A stretch of 63,855 bases of DNA, from positions 6,907 through 70,761 of the forward strand of contig NW_013657641.1 in assembly GCF_000142905.1 (NCBI RefSeq). The letters run 5' to 3'. This document shows, piece by piece, positions 44,595-55,000 of this stretch (within the stretch, counting starts at the first letter, position 1; each line of letters starts with the position of its first letter). The position numbers and the translations under genes are program-made. The stretch is from Thecamonas trahens ATCC 50062. Its lineage: Eukaryota > Protista > Apusomonadida. Under the pieces are notes generated by a model. That model did not search any database. It was not told the DNA's origin and worked only from the letters and a program-made list of their open reading frames with translations.

Positions 44595-46622
44595 TTAGCC
44601 GCGGCCACGGCCACGCCCGCGCCCACCACGCCCGCCGCGTCCGCGCTTGCCACTGCTACGTCTCCCGCGCCCACGCCCGCGCCCGCGCCCGCGCCCGCGT
44701 CCGCGTCCACGTCCGCGCCCACGATACTGACGCTGCGACGGCGAACCAAACGGTGACGACGGCGACGGCGACGCAAAGCGGCCGAGCTTGGCTGGCGTCG
44801 ACGAGCCTAGGGCCATCCACATGCTCTTGCGTTCGACAAGCTTGCGCCAGTGCGCAGCACGGGCTCGGGCGGCCGAGAGCGTGTCGTCCGGTGCGTCGGC
44901 GAGAAGCTCACAGAGGTTGTCGACCAGGTCGGCGGCGGCAGCGAGCTCTGAGGTCGGGTTGGAAGAAAAGCCCGAGGCTGCGGCCGAGGCGTGCAGTTCA
45001 TCAAACGAAGAGAGACACTCACCAAGGCCGGGAACGGCGGAAATGAGGTTGGTACGGAGATCAAGCTCGGTCCAAGGCTGGGCATCAGGCGCAGTGAGCG
45101 TCTCCACGAGCGAGGAGGTGCGGACAACAGGAAGACCCATTCGCTGGGCAGTGACGAGCATGCCGCCATCCTCGGTCACGAGGACATAGTTGTGATCCTC
45201 AGGCGCGGCGAGCACTGCATGGTAACGCACGGTGTCAACAAGCAGGTTGTCGGTGGTGAGCGAGGCCGGGTTGTCGGGCAGGTACGCAGTGTGCCACTCG
45301 TCACCGGCGAGCTTGTACGCGCCCTCAAAGGCGGCGCGCGATGGGTAGACGACCAGGCCGGCCTCGGCGGAACGGGTTAGATCGTCCTTGACAAACCGGG
45401 CGATGGCCGACCGAACCTTGGACGGCGAGCCGGAATAGGACTTGACCGCGTCGAGCTCTCCCATGACTGCGTCACAGACGACAAAGGCAAAGGAGAACGG
45501 CGTGTCGTTCGACTCGGTGCCATCGCTCTCGTCACAGGCATCAAACAGCGCCTCGACGAGTGCGGAGAAGAGACCGCGCTGGGTGAGGAGAATGAGCGCA
45601 TTGGTGTCGAGAACGAGGAGGAGCTGGCCACCGGCACCGTCAGCTGCTGAGCCGATGGCGACGTTGGCAGCATGTGTTGGGGCTGAAGCCGAGGCCGAGG
45701 CGGATGCATCTACCAACTGCGCGCGATGGTGCGGTAGCGCCGTCCGCTGTGCATACAGGTACGGCAGGTGCAACAGCGGTGTCGGGCTGGCGGCGCAGCG
45801 CTTGGGCGAGCAGCGACGGGCGTGGCGGTCCATCTGCGAGACGATGCAGTGCGAGACATGGGCGTTGTCGAGGGCCTTGACCAGAGCCTTGGCTTTGGCC
45901 ACGTTGAACTCGATACGGAGCCAGAGGGGGACGGCGGCAGCCTTGGCCTCCTGCGCATCGGCCGCCATGAAAGCCAGCGCCTTGGCGGCGCTTGTGTCGA
46001 GCTCGTTGTGCGAAAAGTGCAGCTCGCGGAGGGAATGCAGGGTGAGGACGGCCGAGAAGACAGCCGGTGGCGGGCCGGCCAGCGCGTTGCGGAAGGCCTT
46101 CAAGATGATGACGTCGAGCGAGGAGGCAACAAGTGGATCGGCGAGCGCCGTGAAGAGCAGCTGCAAGGCCGGCCAAGTCAGCGCGTTGTCTGCGAGCATA
46201 AAGACTGTGGGCAAGCGGAGATCCGACCCAGCCTCGGCCATGGCCTCGTTCACCGCCATCCCCATGGCCACCACACTCTTCACCAACGCAACCATGGTCG
46301 ATCCGTCCTCGTCGTCGCTAGGGACGTGATCGTGGCCATCGTCGCCGTGCCCGGGCCCGAGTCCAAGCCCGTGACTCTGATCGCCGTCACCTCGGTCTCC
46401 TCCATCTTGTCGGATCCAAGACTCGACGAGGGCAGCAGCACGGCCAGGAGAGAGGCCATCTCCAGCCAGCCGTCGCGACGAGGCACGGATCTCCAGCTGG
46501 ACGCCGTACGAGTTGGCCGACCGCGAGGTGACCATGATGACAAACTCGCTCCCGGCGCACAGCTCGGCCGCGCGTGCGCTCAGCACTGCATGCTGTACCT
46601 CGTCCTTGTACCAGCAGGTCAT
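44595..46622 (-). CDS. PIN-domain (Swt1/SMG-like) ribonuclease with LRR-like N-terminal region and RG-repeat tail
   Basis: PIN motifs LVLDTNAL, VMGELDAVK, TDNLLVD, VLVTED; LRR-like LRELHFSHNELD; C-terminal (RG)n. Confidence 0.75.
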   Translation of the reverse strand: MTCWYKDEVQHAVLSARAAELCAGSEFVIMVTSRSANSYGVQLEIRASSRRLAGDGLSPGRAAALVESWIRQDGGDRGDGDQSHGLGLGPGHGDDGHDHVPSDDEDGSTMVALVKSVVAMGMAVNEAMAEAGSDLRLPTVFMLADNALTWPALQLLFTALADPLVASSLDVIILKAFRNALAGPPPAVFSAVLTLHSLRELHFSHNELDTSAAKALAFMAADAQEAKAAAVPLWLRIEFNVAKAKALVKALDNAHVSHCIVSQMDRHARRCSPKRCAASPTPLLHLPYLYAQRTALPHHRAQLVDASASASASAPTHAANVAIGSAADGAGGQLLLVLDTNALILLTQRGLFSALVEALFDACDESDGTESNDTPFSFAFVVCDAVMGELDAVKSYSGSPSKVRSAIARFVKDDLTRSAEAGLVVYPSRAAFEGAYKLAGDEWHTAYLPDNPASLTTDNLLVDTVRYHAVLAAPEDHNYVLVTEDGGMLVTAQRMGLPVVRTSSLVETLTAPDAQPWTELDLRTNLISAVPGLGECLSSFDELHASAAASGFSSNPTSELAAAADLVDNLCELLADAPDDTLSAARARAAHWRKLVERKSMWMALGSSTPAKLGRFASPSPSSPFGSPSQRQYRGRGRGRGRGRGRGRGRGRGRRSSGKRGRGGRGGRGRGRGRG

Positions 46623-46828
46623 AGAGGGGGGCGGGGGGGGGGGGGGGGACAGGGAGCGGTGGTGGGCTCGGGCAGAGACGAGCCGAATGGAATCGGTCAG
46701 ACGCTCGAGGGGCTGTTGGGCCTGATCGAGCCGAATCGGCGACGGGTAGCGGCATAGCGGCATAACATATAAATAACTATGACGACGATATGTTGGGGGT
46801 AATACATGTTATCAAGCGATGGCTGTGG

Positions 46829-47839
46829 CTACGCATGGCCTGTGGCTACCGAGACCGCCTCTTCGTCCTCCTCGTGGGCGTAGCGGATAACAAAGATGGC
46901 AGGCGTCTCGGCCGAGTGAATGATGTGGGTGGCGGTGGAGCCGAGAACGAGGCGGGCCATGGCGCCCATCGACCGGGTGCCAACCACAAGGATGTCGACC
47001 TTGTTGGCCTTGGCCTCCTCGACAAGGACCTTGCGCGGATCGCCGATGCGGAACGAGGCCGAGCACTGGAGACCGGCCTTGACCAGCCGCTCCTGGTGCT
47101 TGGCCTCGAGGGCGAGGACAGCCTCGGTGACGTACACGTTGCGCGTCTCCTCGTTGCCGAGCCACGCATCGAGATCGTCGTGGAGGCCAAAGAACGGCTG
47201 AAAGGCCGAGACCAGAAAGATGTGCTCTTGCTTGCCTGCTATGGCCGTCACGCCCTCGAGCGCCGCCAGCGCCGCCGTCGAGTCGTCCAGCCCCACCAGC
47301 CACCGCCGCGCATGCAGATGCTCGTCGGCCGCAGGCGGCTCGCGGACAACAAGAATAGACTTGTGGCACTGGTGCAGGAGCGCCGTCGACATCGAGCCCA
47401 GCAGCGTCCGCTTGATCGTCCCATGCCCGCGCGAGCCCACAACCACCACGTCGACGTCCTCGGCCGACGCTCGCTTGATCAGCTCGTCCTTGGGCACTCC
47501 CAGAAGCATCTCAGCCCTGGCCCTCACCTCGCCCGAGTGCAACTGGCTCATTCCCGCCGCAACCTCGGTCACGAGCTCACGCGCCTTGGCCTCCTCGTTG
47601 GCCACAAACCGCGCCAGCGCAGACAACTCCGTCTCGCCCACCAGCGCGCTCGGCATCGCCAGCGAGTCCGCCGACCCGGGCACCGCGCTCACCACCACCA
47701 CCTCATCGCCCGGCCGCACAAGCCCGCGCAGCGTCATCTCGGCCGCCTCTCCATAGCTCGATCCATCCATACACAGCAGCCACGTGCACGGTGTCGGGAT
47801 AGGCGACGGCACATCTCCGGTTGACTGTGCTGCAGCCAT
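46829..47839 (-). CDS. Tandem universal stress protein (2x USP)
   Basis: LLCMDGSSYGEAA...DVVVVGSRGHGTIKRTLLGSMS and LVGLDDS...DILVVGTRSMGAMARLVLGSTA. Start may be 47917. Confidence 0.92.
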   Translation of the reverse strand: MAAAQSTGDVPSPIPTPCTWLLCMDGSSYGEAAEMTLRGLVRPGDEVVVVSAVPGSADSLAMPSALVGETELSALARFVANEEAKARELVTEVAAGMSQLHSGEVRARAEMLLGVPKDELIKRASAEDVDVVVVGSRGHGTIKRTLLGSMSTALLHQCHKSILVVREPPAADEHLHARRWLVGLDDSTAALAALEGVTAIAGKQEHIFLVSAFQPFFGLHDDLDAWLGNEETRNVYVTEAVLALEAKHQERLVKAGLQCSASFRIGDPRKVLVEEAKANKVDILVVGTRSMGAMARLVLGSTATHIIHSAETPAIFVIRYAHEEDEEAVSVATGHA

Positions 47840-48346
47840 CTGTCTTGTATCTTGCTCTTCTTGCGCTCGCTTGCCACTAGCACTGCTCCCCCCCGACCCC
47901 CCAACCCCACCCGGCATCGCTCTGTGAGTCTCAGGGTAAAAAAAAATTGACTGCCGAGACAATGTGCATGTGCCCACCCCCCCCCCCCACCTCCACCCAC
48001 CCACCCAGCCCTCCATGCCCATACCATGCCTCCTTTCCCTCCCCTCCCCTCCCTCCCTCCCTCCCCACATACCTTGTACACGCTACTACTTCTTGCCTCA
48101 CCAGCCACTGGAGGTACGACAAGTGTTTGGCGCGCTGTGGTCGAGGCCAGGCGCTGGAGCCACGGCGTGGTTTTGCCCCTTCGTGCCTGTGTCCCAAAGC
48201 TATCCATGCCCGGTGGCCCTGTCCCACACTGACCCAGCGACGACCGACTCCGATCCGGCACAACCTGCCACTCCCGCCCACAAAACCAAGACCAGCAGCA
48301 CGCCGCTGCAGGGCCACAATCCCATCCACAGCAGATATTTCTTGAC

Positions 48347-50752
48347 ATGGTCCGTGGAAGCTGCCTCGTCTCGGTTGTTGCCGGCGCCAAGGACATGCTC
48401 TCTATCGAGCTGCTGACGCCGATCATGGCCGCGTTTGGGGTCGAGGCGAGCGAGATCAAGGTGTTGAGCGACTTTGCCACGGCCGTCCCGCACGGCGAGG
48501 CCGTCATCGGCTTCGCCTCGCCGGCAGACGCGGCCAAGGCGGCGCGGATTCTCGACGGCGCCGCAGTCGGCGAGCTGGTACTGGCGGTGAAGGATGTGTC
48601 GGCGCCGGCGGCTGAGCGGACGATCGCGGTGATCGGCGCCGGGTTGGCCGGCGCGTCGGCCGCGCTGTCGGCCGCCGAGCTGGGCGCTACTGTCATCGTC
48701 CTCGATAAGGAGGCGCGCGGTGGCGGGAACTCGGCCAAGGCCTCGTCTGGCATCAACGGGGCAGGGACGGCGTTCCAGGCCGAGGTCGGCATCGACGACA
48801 GCCCGGCGCTGCTCATCGCCGACACGATGGCGTCGGGCAAGGATAAGGCCGACCCCAAGCTCGTCCATAAGCTCGCCCACGACTCGGCGGCGGCGCTGGC
48901 GTGGATCGAAAAGACGGCTGGCGTTGCGCTCAACGCCGTCGTTGCCACAGGTGGACACTCGGTGGCACGGACGCACCGGATGGCGGCCGAGCCTGGCGCG
49001 CGGCCGGTCAACCTCGGCTGGGGCCTCATGCGCCCGCTCCTCGACGCCATGCACGCCCATCCCAACATTTGTGTGGTGAACGGCGCCACGGCTGTCGGCC
49101 TTGACACCGCCGCGGGCGTGGCGCAGGTTCGCGGCGTCGTGGCGCGCATCGTCGGCGCAGACGCGCCGATCACGCTCGCGGCGAGCGCGGTGGTTCTGGC
49201 GACCGGCGGATACGCGGCATGCAGCGAGCTGCTTCCAGACCACGTCGCGGGCCTTCCGACCACCAACGGCGCCTTTGCCACCGGCGATGGTATTGAGCTC
49301 GCAAAGCGCGTCGGTGGTCTTGTCGGCAACCTCGATGCGGTCCAGGTCCACCCGACAGGCTTTGTGGATGTGGCCGATCCGGGCGCGGGGACCAAGTTCC
49401 TGGCGCCCGAGGCGCTCCGCGGCTACGGCGGGGTCCTTGCCACGCCCGACGGCGAGCTGATTGTCGACGAGCTGGCAACCCGCGACGTGGTGTCGGCGGC
49501 GATTCGCGCCGCCTGTGAGCCTGCATCCGGCGCGCCGTCGCCAGTTGCCGTCCTCCTGATGAACGCCGAGGTGGCGTCGGGCTTTGACCCGGCCATCTTT
49601 GACTTCTACGTGAGCAAAGGCCTCATCCACTCGTTTGGCAGCATGGCCGAGCTCGGGGCGTGGGCCGATGGCGTGTTTGGCGGGCAGGCGGGCACGGACG
49701 GAGCGAGGCGGAGCAAGGCGTACGAAGCGGCAATGGCGGCGCGCGGGCGAGCGGTGACGAGCCCGATGCACGCGGCGCTCATCACGCCGGCAGTCCACTA
49801 CACAATGGGCGGGGTGGGGATCAACCCGGATGGGGCGGTCCTCCACGCCGGCTCTCTGGTCCCGATCCCGGGACTCTACGCCGCAGGCGAGGTGACAACG
49901 GGGGTGCACGGGGCAAACCGGCTCGCCGGCAACTCGCTCCTCGAGTGCGTGGTGTACGGGCGGGCGGCGGGCCGATCGGCAGTTCTGCATCCTACACGGC
50001 TGCCTGCGCTCTCGCCGACCGAGTGGGTATCGCTGGAGCTAAAGTCGGTCACGCCGCTCTCGAGCTCGTCGTCGCTCTTCTCGTTTGCGCTCCCGTCGGC
50101 GCACCACATCTCGGGCCTCGGACTCGGCGACTATGTCAAGATCCGTGCCGAGGTCGACGGCGCCGCCATGGTGCGGTTCTACTCGCCGATCTCGCGCGAC
50201 GACGCGCTCGGACACCTCGATCTGTGCGTCAAGACGGCGGCGGCGGATGCCGGCGGCATGGCGGCGCACTTTGGCAGCCTCGCACCCGGCGACATCCTCG
50301 AATTCTCCGGTCCAGCTGGCGGGCCGCACCTCTCGATGGCAACGACCGAGAAGACCGCGTTTGGCTTGCTTGCCGGCGGCACCGGCATCGCGCCGATGCT
50401 GCAGCTCATCCGCGCTGCACTGCTCAAGGAGCGCAAGATCGGGACGGCGACACGGCTCGATCTGGTGTATGCGGCCAAGAACGAAGACGAGATCCTGCTG
50501 CGCGAGGTGCTTGAGGCGCACGCCGCCAAGCACCCCTCGCTCTCGCTCTACTACGCGCTAATGGAGCCGCCGGCCGAGTGGGACATGGGTGTGGGCTTCA
50601 TCACGCCCGACATGATGGCGGCGCGGCTCCCGCCGCCTGCACCGTCGACCATGATCCTCATCTGCGGGCCGCCACCGTTCTGCGCCGCCATGCGCCGCGG
50701 CCTCGACAGTCTCGGCTACCTCGATGGTGAGCACTACTACTCGTACTGCTGA
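48347..50752 (+). CDS. Soluble fumarate reductase flavoprotein fused to a cytochrome b5 reductase-like (FAD/NADH) module, with an N-terminal RRM-like domain
   Basis: VIGAGLAG, GGNSAKASSGING, VQVHPTG, LAPEALRG, ELATRDVVS, VHYTMGG, GVHGANRLAGNSLLEC; then RFYSPIS, AGGTGIAPM, CGPP. Confidence 0.92.
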   Translation: MVRGSCLVSVVAGAKDMLSIELLTPIMAAFGVEASEIKVLSDFATAVPHGEAVIGFASPADAAKAARILDGAAVGELVLAVKDVSAPAAERTIAVIGAGLAGASAALSAAELGATVIVLDKEARGGGNSAKASSGINGAGTAFQAEVGIDDSPALLIADTMASGKDKADPKLVHKLAHDSAAALAWIEKTAGVALNAVVATGGHSVARTHRMAAEPGARPVNLGWGLMRPLLDAMHAHPNICVVNGATAVGLDTAAGVAQVRGVVARIVGADAPITLAASAVVLATGGYAACSELLPDHVAGLPTTNGAFATGDGIELAKRVGGLVGNLDAVQVHPTGFVDVADPGAGTKFLAPEALRGYGGVLATPDGELIVDELATRDVVSAAIRAACEPASGAPSPVAVLLMNAEVASGFDPAIFDFYVSKGLIHSFGSMAELGAWADGVFGGQAGTDGARRSKAYEAAMAARGRAVTSPMHAALITPAVHYTMGGVGINPDGAVLHAGSLVPIPGLYAAGEVTTGVHGANRLAGNSLLECVVYGRAAGRSAVLHPTRLPALSPTEWVSLELKSVTPLSSSSSLFSFALPSAHHISGLGLGDYVKIRAEVDGAAMVRFYSPISRDDALGHLDLCVKTAAADAGGMAAHFGSLAPGDILEFSGPAGGPHLSMATTEKTAFGLLAGGTGIAPMLQLIRAALLKERKIGTATRLDLVYAAKNEDEILLREVLEAHAAKHPSLSLYYALMEPPAEWDMGVGFITPDMMAARLPPPAPSTMILICGPPPFCAAMRRGLDSLGYLDGEHYYSYC

Positions 50753-51059
50753 GCACTTGGCGGCTACACGTTGAGGCCGATGCCGACGGCGGGTCACGTG
50801 ACGTGCTCCGGTGTGCGAGGCGTCACACGTGGTCGTCCGGCGAGCGAGCAAGCGCATCGCCATCCCGGCTCACCACCGTCGCCTCGTCGATGCTCTGTGT
50901 GCGCGTTGTGGGAATGGCGCTCAGTAGTCACGAAGCAAATTGATGGGAGGCGTGGTTTTAGCAGTTTTTGGAGGGAAACCCAGTGGCGTGGCCGCGTCCG
51001 ACCGTTGCACAACAGCGCGAGGGAGGAGCACTTACTTGTCGCAGTGAGTTGAACCGATC

Positions 51060-51948
51060 ATGAAGCCGCGGGGACTCGCCATCACAACAAGCATGCTGCA
51101 CGCCATTGCGCTCGGCATGCTCATGTCCACCTTTTTCATGCCCATGTGGCTGTACCACAAGTCGACGCAGACCGTTGTCTTTCCCAGCGGGGGCACCTTT
51201 AATTACGACGTCGAGTTGAAGGTCGGCCTCACAAAGTACATCGCACAGACCGGAAACGGTGAGTCGACCGTCAAGTTCTCCGACAAATCCTGCCAGGACG
51301 ACAAGGTACGCCTTTTTTTTTCCCCCCCGCCCCTCCCCCCCCCACCCCCTCCCCCCCCCCTCCCCCCCCTCCCCTTTCTGCCCGCTATCCCGCGCTCTCT
51401 ACTCGCTTTCCGCTGCGCTAGGCCCCGTGAGAGACACCTTTGCACGCTAGCCGGAAACGGAGCAACGGTTGGAAGGGGCTCTGAACTGGATGGGGGTTTT
51501 TTTGTATCGCCTGTACCGGGATATGACTCACTCCTCGCTTTCACAGTGGTGCAAGGATCACAAGGTCCGATCGGATGTGACGCTCGCGTTCCTGGCCATG
51601 GCTGTAGCTGCAGTGGCGGTGGCGACCGGCGGTGCCAACGCCGCGGCGTTTGGTGGCATCGGCATCGGCGCCATGGTGGCCGCGGTGGCCGACCTGGTGG
51701 CAGTTGTCTTCTGCATCGTGGCCATGCTCAACTACTCGATGATCAAGCGCGAGAGGGAGTCCGGCAAGTACGACTTCTCCACCTCGTTCTTCATTGCCTG
51801 GGTCGGCACTGTCCTGCTCATTGTCGCGGCTGTCCTCTCGGTCCTCGGCATTACCTCATGGAAGGGCAAGGGCTCCTCGGTCTCGCCCAACCACGACTCT
51901 GAGAACAAGCGCCAGGACGAGGCTTCCGACGATAGCGAGAGCTCGTAA
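51060..51948 (+). CDS. Claudin/PMP22-like four-TM protein, two exons (51060-51305, 51547-51948), 215 aa
   Basis: Intron 51306-51546 (GTACGC...GACTCAC...CACAG, phase 0). Spliced product has TM1, a W..GL..C..C first loop, three more TMs and FSTSFFIAW before TM4. Confidence 0.72.
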
Positions 51949-52004
51949 GCAATCCTGTCCGCTCGGCCTCTTGCATAGAAGCCGACGCTATCCCCTCCAC
52001 ACAC

Positions 52005-52006
<2 letters not shown>

Positions 52007-52046
<40 letters not shown>
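52007..52046. repeat. (CA)n microsatellite
   Basis: Dinucleotide run between convergent stops. Confidence 0.9.
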
Positions 52047-52048
<2 letters not shown>

Positions 52049-52099
52049 TGAAGTCACACGCATGCGTCGCCGAGTGTCGCGCCATAAACCAAGACCACC

Positions 52100-55000
52100 C
52101 TACCCGTCGGCCATCGACGCCAGCGCCTCGCCGATAACTTGCAGGCGACCGGCAAAGGCTTCTGCGAGCTGCGGATGCGCGTTAGCAAGTCGCGAAGCCT
52201 CTGCGTGCCACTCGCCAGCAAGCACACCATCACCGGTCCCGAGTACCGCCGCCTGGCAGCCGCGGAGCAGGGCGTCAATGAGCGTTTGTGGGTCACCGAG
52301 ATCGCGGGCCCACGGCAGGACCGCGTCGGCCACAATGGTAGCCGCGGGAGCATAATCGTGGTCGTTGAGCATGAGCTTGACGAGCGTATCGGCCGTCTGC
52401 CCGTCGGTTGGCTTCAACGAGTACGCCTTGTGGAACATCGACCGCGCAAGCCGGTAGTCACCGACACGGATTGCCGCGACTCCGCCGTTACGGAGTGCGT
52501 CGAGGTTCTGCGGCGCGCACGAGAGCGCCGTCTCAAACAAGCCGAGGGCATCGGCGGGTCGCCCGGCCATGAGCGTCCACACCGCAACTTCGGATAAGAC
52601 CACGCCGCGGACGCCAGCCCGCAACCGCGCGATCTCGGTGGCCGAGAACGCCACCTCGCTTGCCTCGATGAGCGCTGCCCGGAGCGCCACCTCTGCCGGC
52701 GTCTCCTCGCGCCCGCTATGCTGGACATGACAGAGCGCCAGCACGATCCGTTCACCAATCACGCCGGTTGGATGCGACGCCAGCGCGGTAGAAAGCGCCT
52801 CCACGCCAGTCTCGCTCTCGTCAAGCACCTCCACCTGAACAAAGCCAATGGCGGCCGCCATCTCGGCTGCAGCCTGCGGCGAGACGCTGGCGGCAGCGGC
52901 GGCAACAGCTGAAAAGACTGGTGCCAGTGCCTCCCTAGCTGCACTTCTGTCAAGGCCGAGCTTGGCAAGGAGTGTGCCGAAACTGCTCAGCAGCGCGCCG
53001 CCGGAGACCAGCGCGCTCTCGTCGAGCTCCTCGGAAGCGGCGCAGCACCGCACAAGGCCCTCGCCCATCAGCACGCTTGCTTCGGCGCAGCACCCGGCGA
53101 CGCTCGAATAGAAGAGAGCGGCCGAGTGGAGCGTGTTGATGTGGGTAGTGAGTGAGCCCGAGGCAGCCACGAGCGGGAGGATGGCTGTAAAGGCTGCGGC
53201 ACCATCAGCGACTGACGGTGGCGAGCCAAAGGCAAACCGGACCGCTGCATCGCTCGCCATCTCGGCGAGCGTTGACGATGCCCCGCTGGCCTTAGGACAG
53301 AGGCCAAAGAGGGTGGTGTAGACGGCGCAGGCACTCTCGGTATCGTGGAGCTCATCAACAGCCCAGCCAAGCATGTACAACATCTCTATCCGGTCCTCGA
53401 CCGGCGCCAGGCCTGCGAGTTGTTCACTCGCATCAAACGTTCGCATGAGATGGACAAGGTCGGCGGCGCGGCGGGCAGCGAAGAGGGAGCGGCACATTTC
53501 GGCCACGTCGTCGGCAGTTAACATCTCGTCGCGAGCCAGCGTCTCGGCCAGCCGCGCGTCGAGTTCGACGTTTGCAGCGTCGACGGCGTGCTGGGTGTGG
53601 CAGCCAAACGAGACCGGAAAGGTGGCGTAGTGCTGGTGGGCGATGCGAAGGAGCGAAGACGAGATGGCGTGACGCCGTCGGTTGCGGTCGTTGATCGAGC
53701 CAAGCAGCGCCCGCGACGCGTAGCGGCAAGCGGTGGTGACGTTGTCGGTGTGGTCAAAGGCGAGCTGGGCAAGAGTGGCCGAGACTAGCGCATCGCCACC
53801 CGATGAGTGATACAGGGCTTCGAGCCTCGGCATGTGAACGGTGACGACGGTGTGCGCGAGCTCGGGATCGCAGGCAAGGCGGCGGGCTTTGATGTCGAGC
53901 TCGATGTCGCGTACGTTGGCGGTGACATAGTTAGGCGCGACCGCTAGCGCGGCGGCAATGTGAGCACGGGCTTCGCCGTCATCGCCGAGGACGACCGATG
54001 CAAACCTTGCGACATTGGCGTGCGCCCGTGCCAGGTCAAAACTCCGCTCACGGGTCTCCGGCTGGCGCTCGATACCGGCGATGACAAGGTCCATGAGCGT
54101 CTTGTAGCGGGCGATGAGAACCGGGGTGTCGCGGGCGCCAGCCTCGATCTGCTCCGTGATGATGCCGGCCCAGTTCGAAGCGGCCTCGACTGCAGACGGC
54201 CAAGCCTCGAGGGACGCCAGGTAGAGCTCAGCAGCCTGAGCGTAGCTATCGTGGAAGGTGGCAGCGCCCGGTGATGGGAGCGGGGTAGCTGTGGCCGCGA
54301 CGACGCAGGCGGCGCAAAGGACGATGGGCTCGGAGCACTTGGCGATGCAGACGTAGGCGGCAATCGTGCCGTCGGGGCCCGGCACGTGGGCGGTGTTGCG
54401 AAGGCAGGCCGAGCATGGTGCGGCCGGGGCGTCGTCGGCCACCACTAGGCCGTGGGCGTGAAGCATGGTGAAGGTGCCGACAGAGGCAAGGAGGCAGGTG
54501 GCGCAGAGATCAAAGTCGCAGTCAGGCTGGGAACAGTGAACAGTGAGTGGGCTGTGCGGGTCAGTAACAGCATCGCACACGTCGCAACCAAAAGTACCGT
54601 CCCGTGGGCCGGGTGGGACTAGGCCGTGGGAGTGGACCGCCGTGGTGTACGGCGGGGTGAGGTGCTGATGCGACGAAGACGCGGCATTGTCGACACCAAA
54701 CTGCAGCGCAAACGCCATCGAGAATGGGCGAAGAAAGATGTCGTCGGTGCGCGGATGGAAGGAGGCTCGAGCAGCGGCGAGGACCGAGGTGCCTGGCGCG
54801 AGAAAGCGGTTTGTCCACTCGGGCGCGTTGGCCGGCGGCAGCGGGGATTCGAGGGCAAGGCCGAGGAGCGAGGCGAGGCGGGCGGCGAGGAGTGGCGCGC
54901 AGAGCGCATCTGGGGTGCAGCGGGAGAGGACGGCGGCGCGGATGGCGGCGTGCGAGCGATGGCCATCAACAAAGACCGAGAGAGTGAGCGCGGCGGGGAA

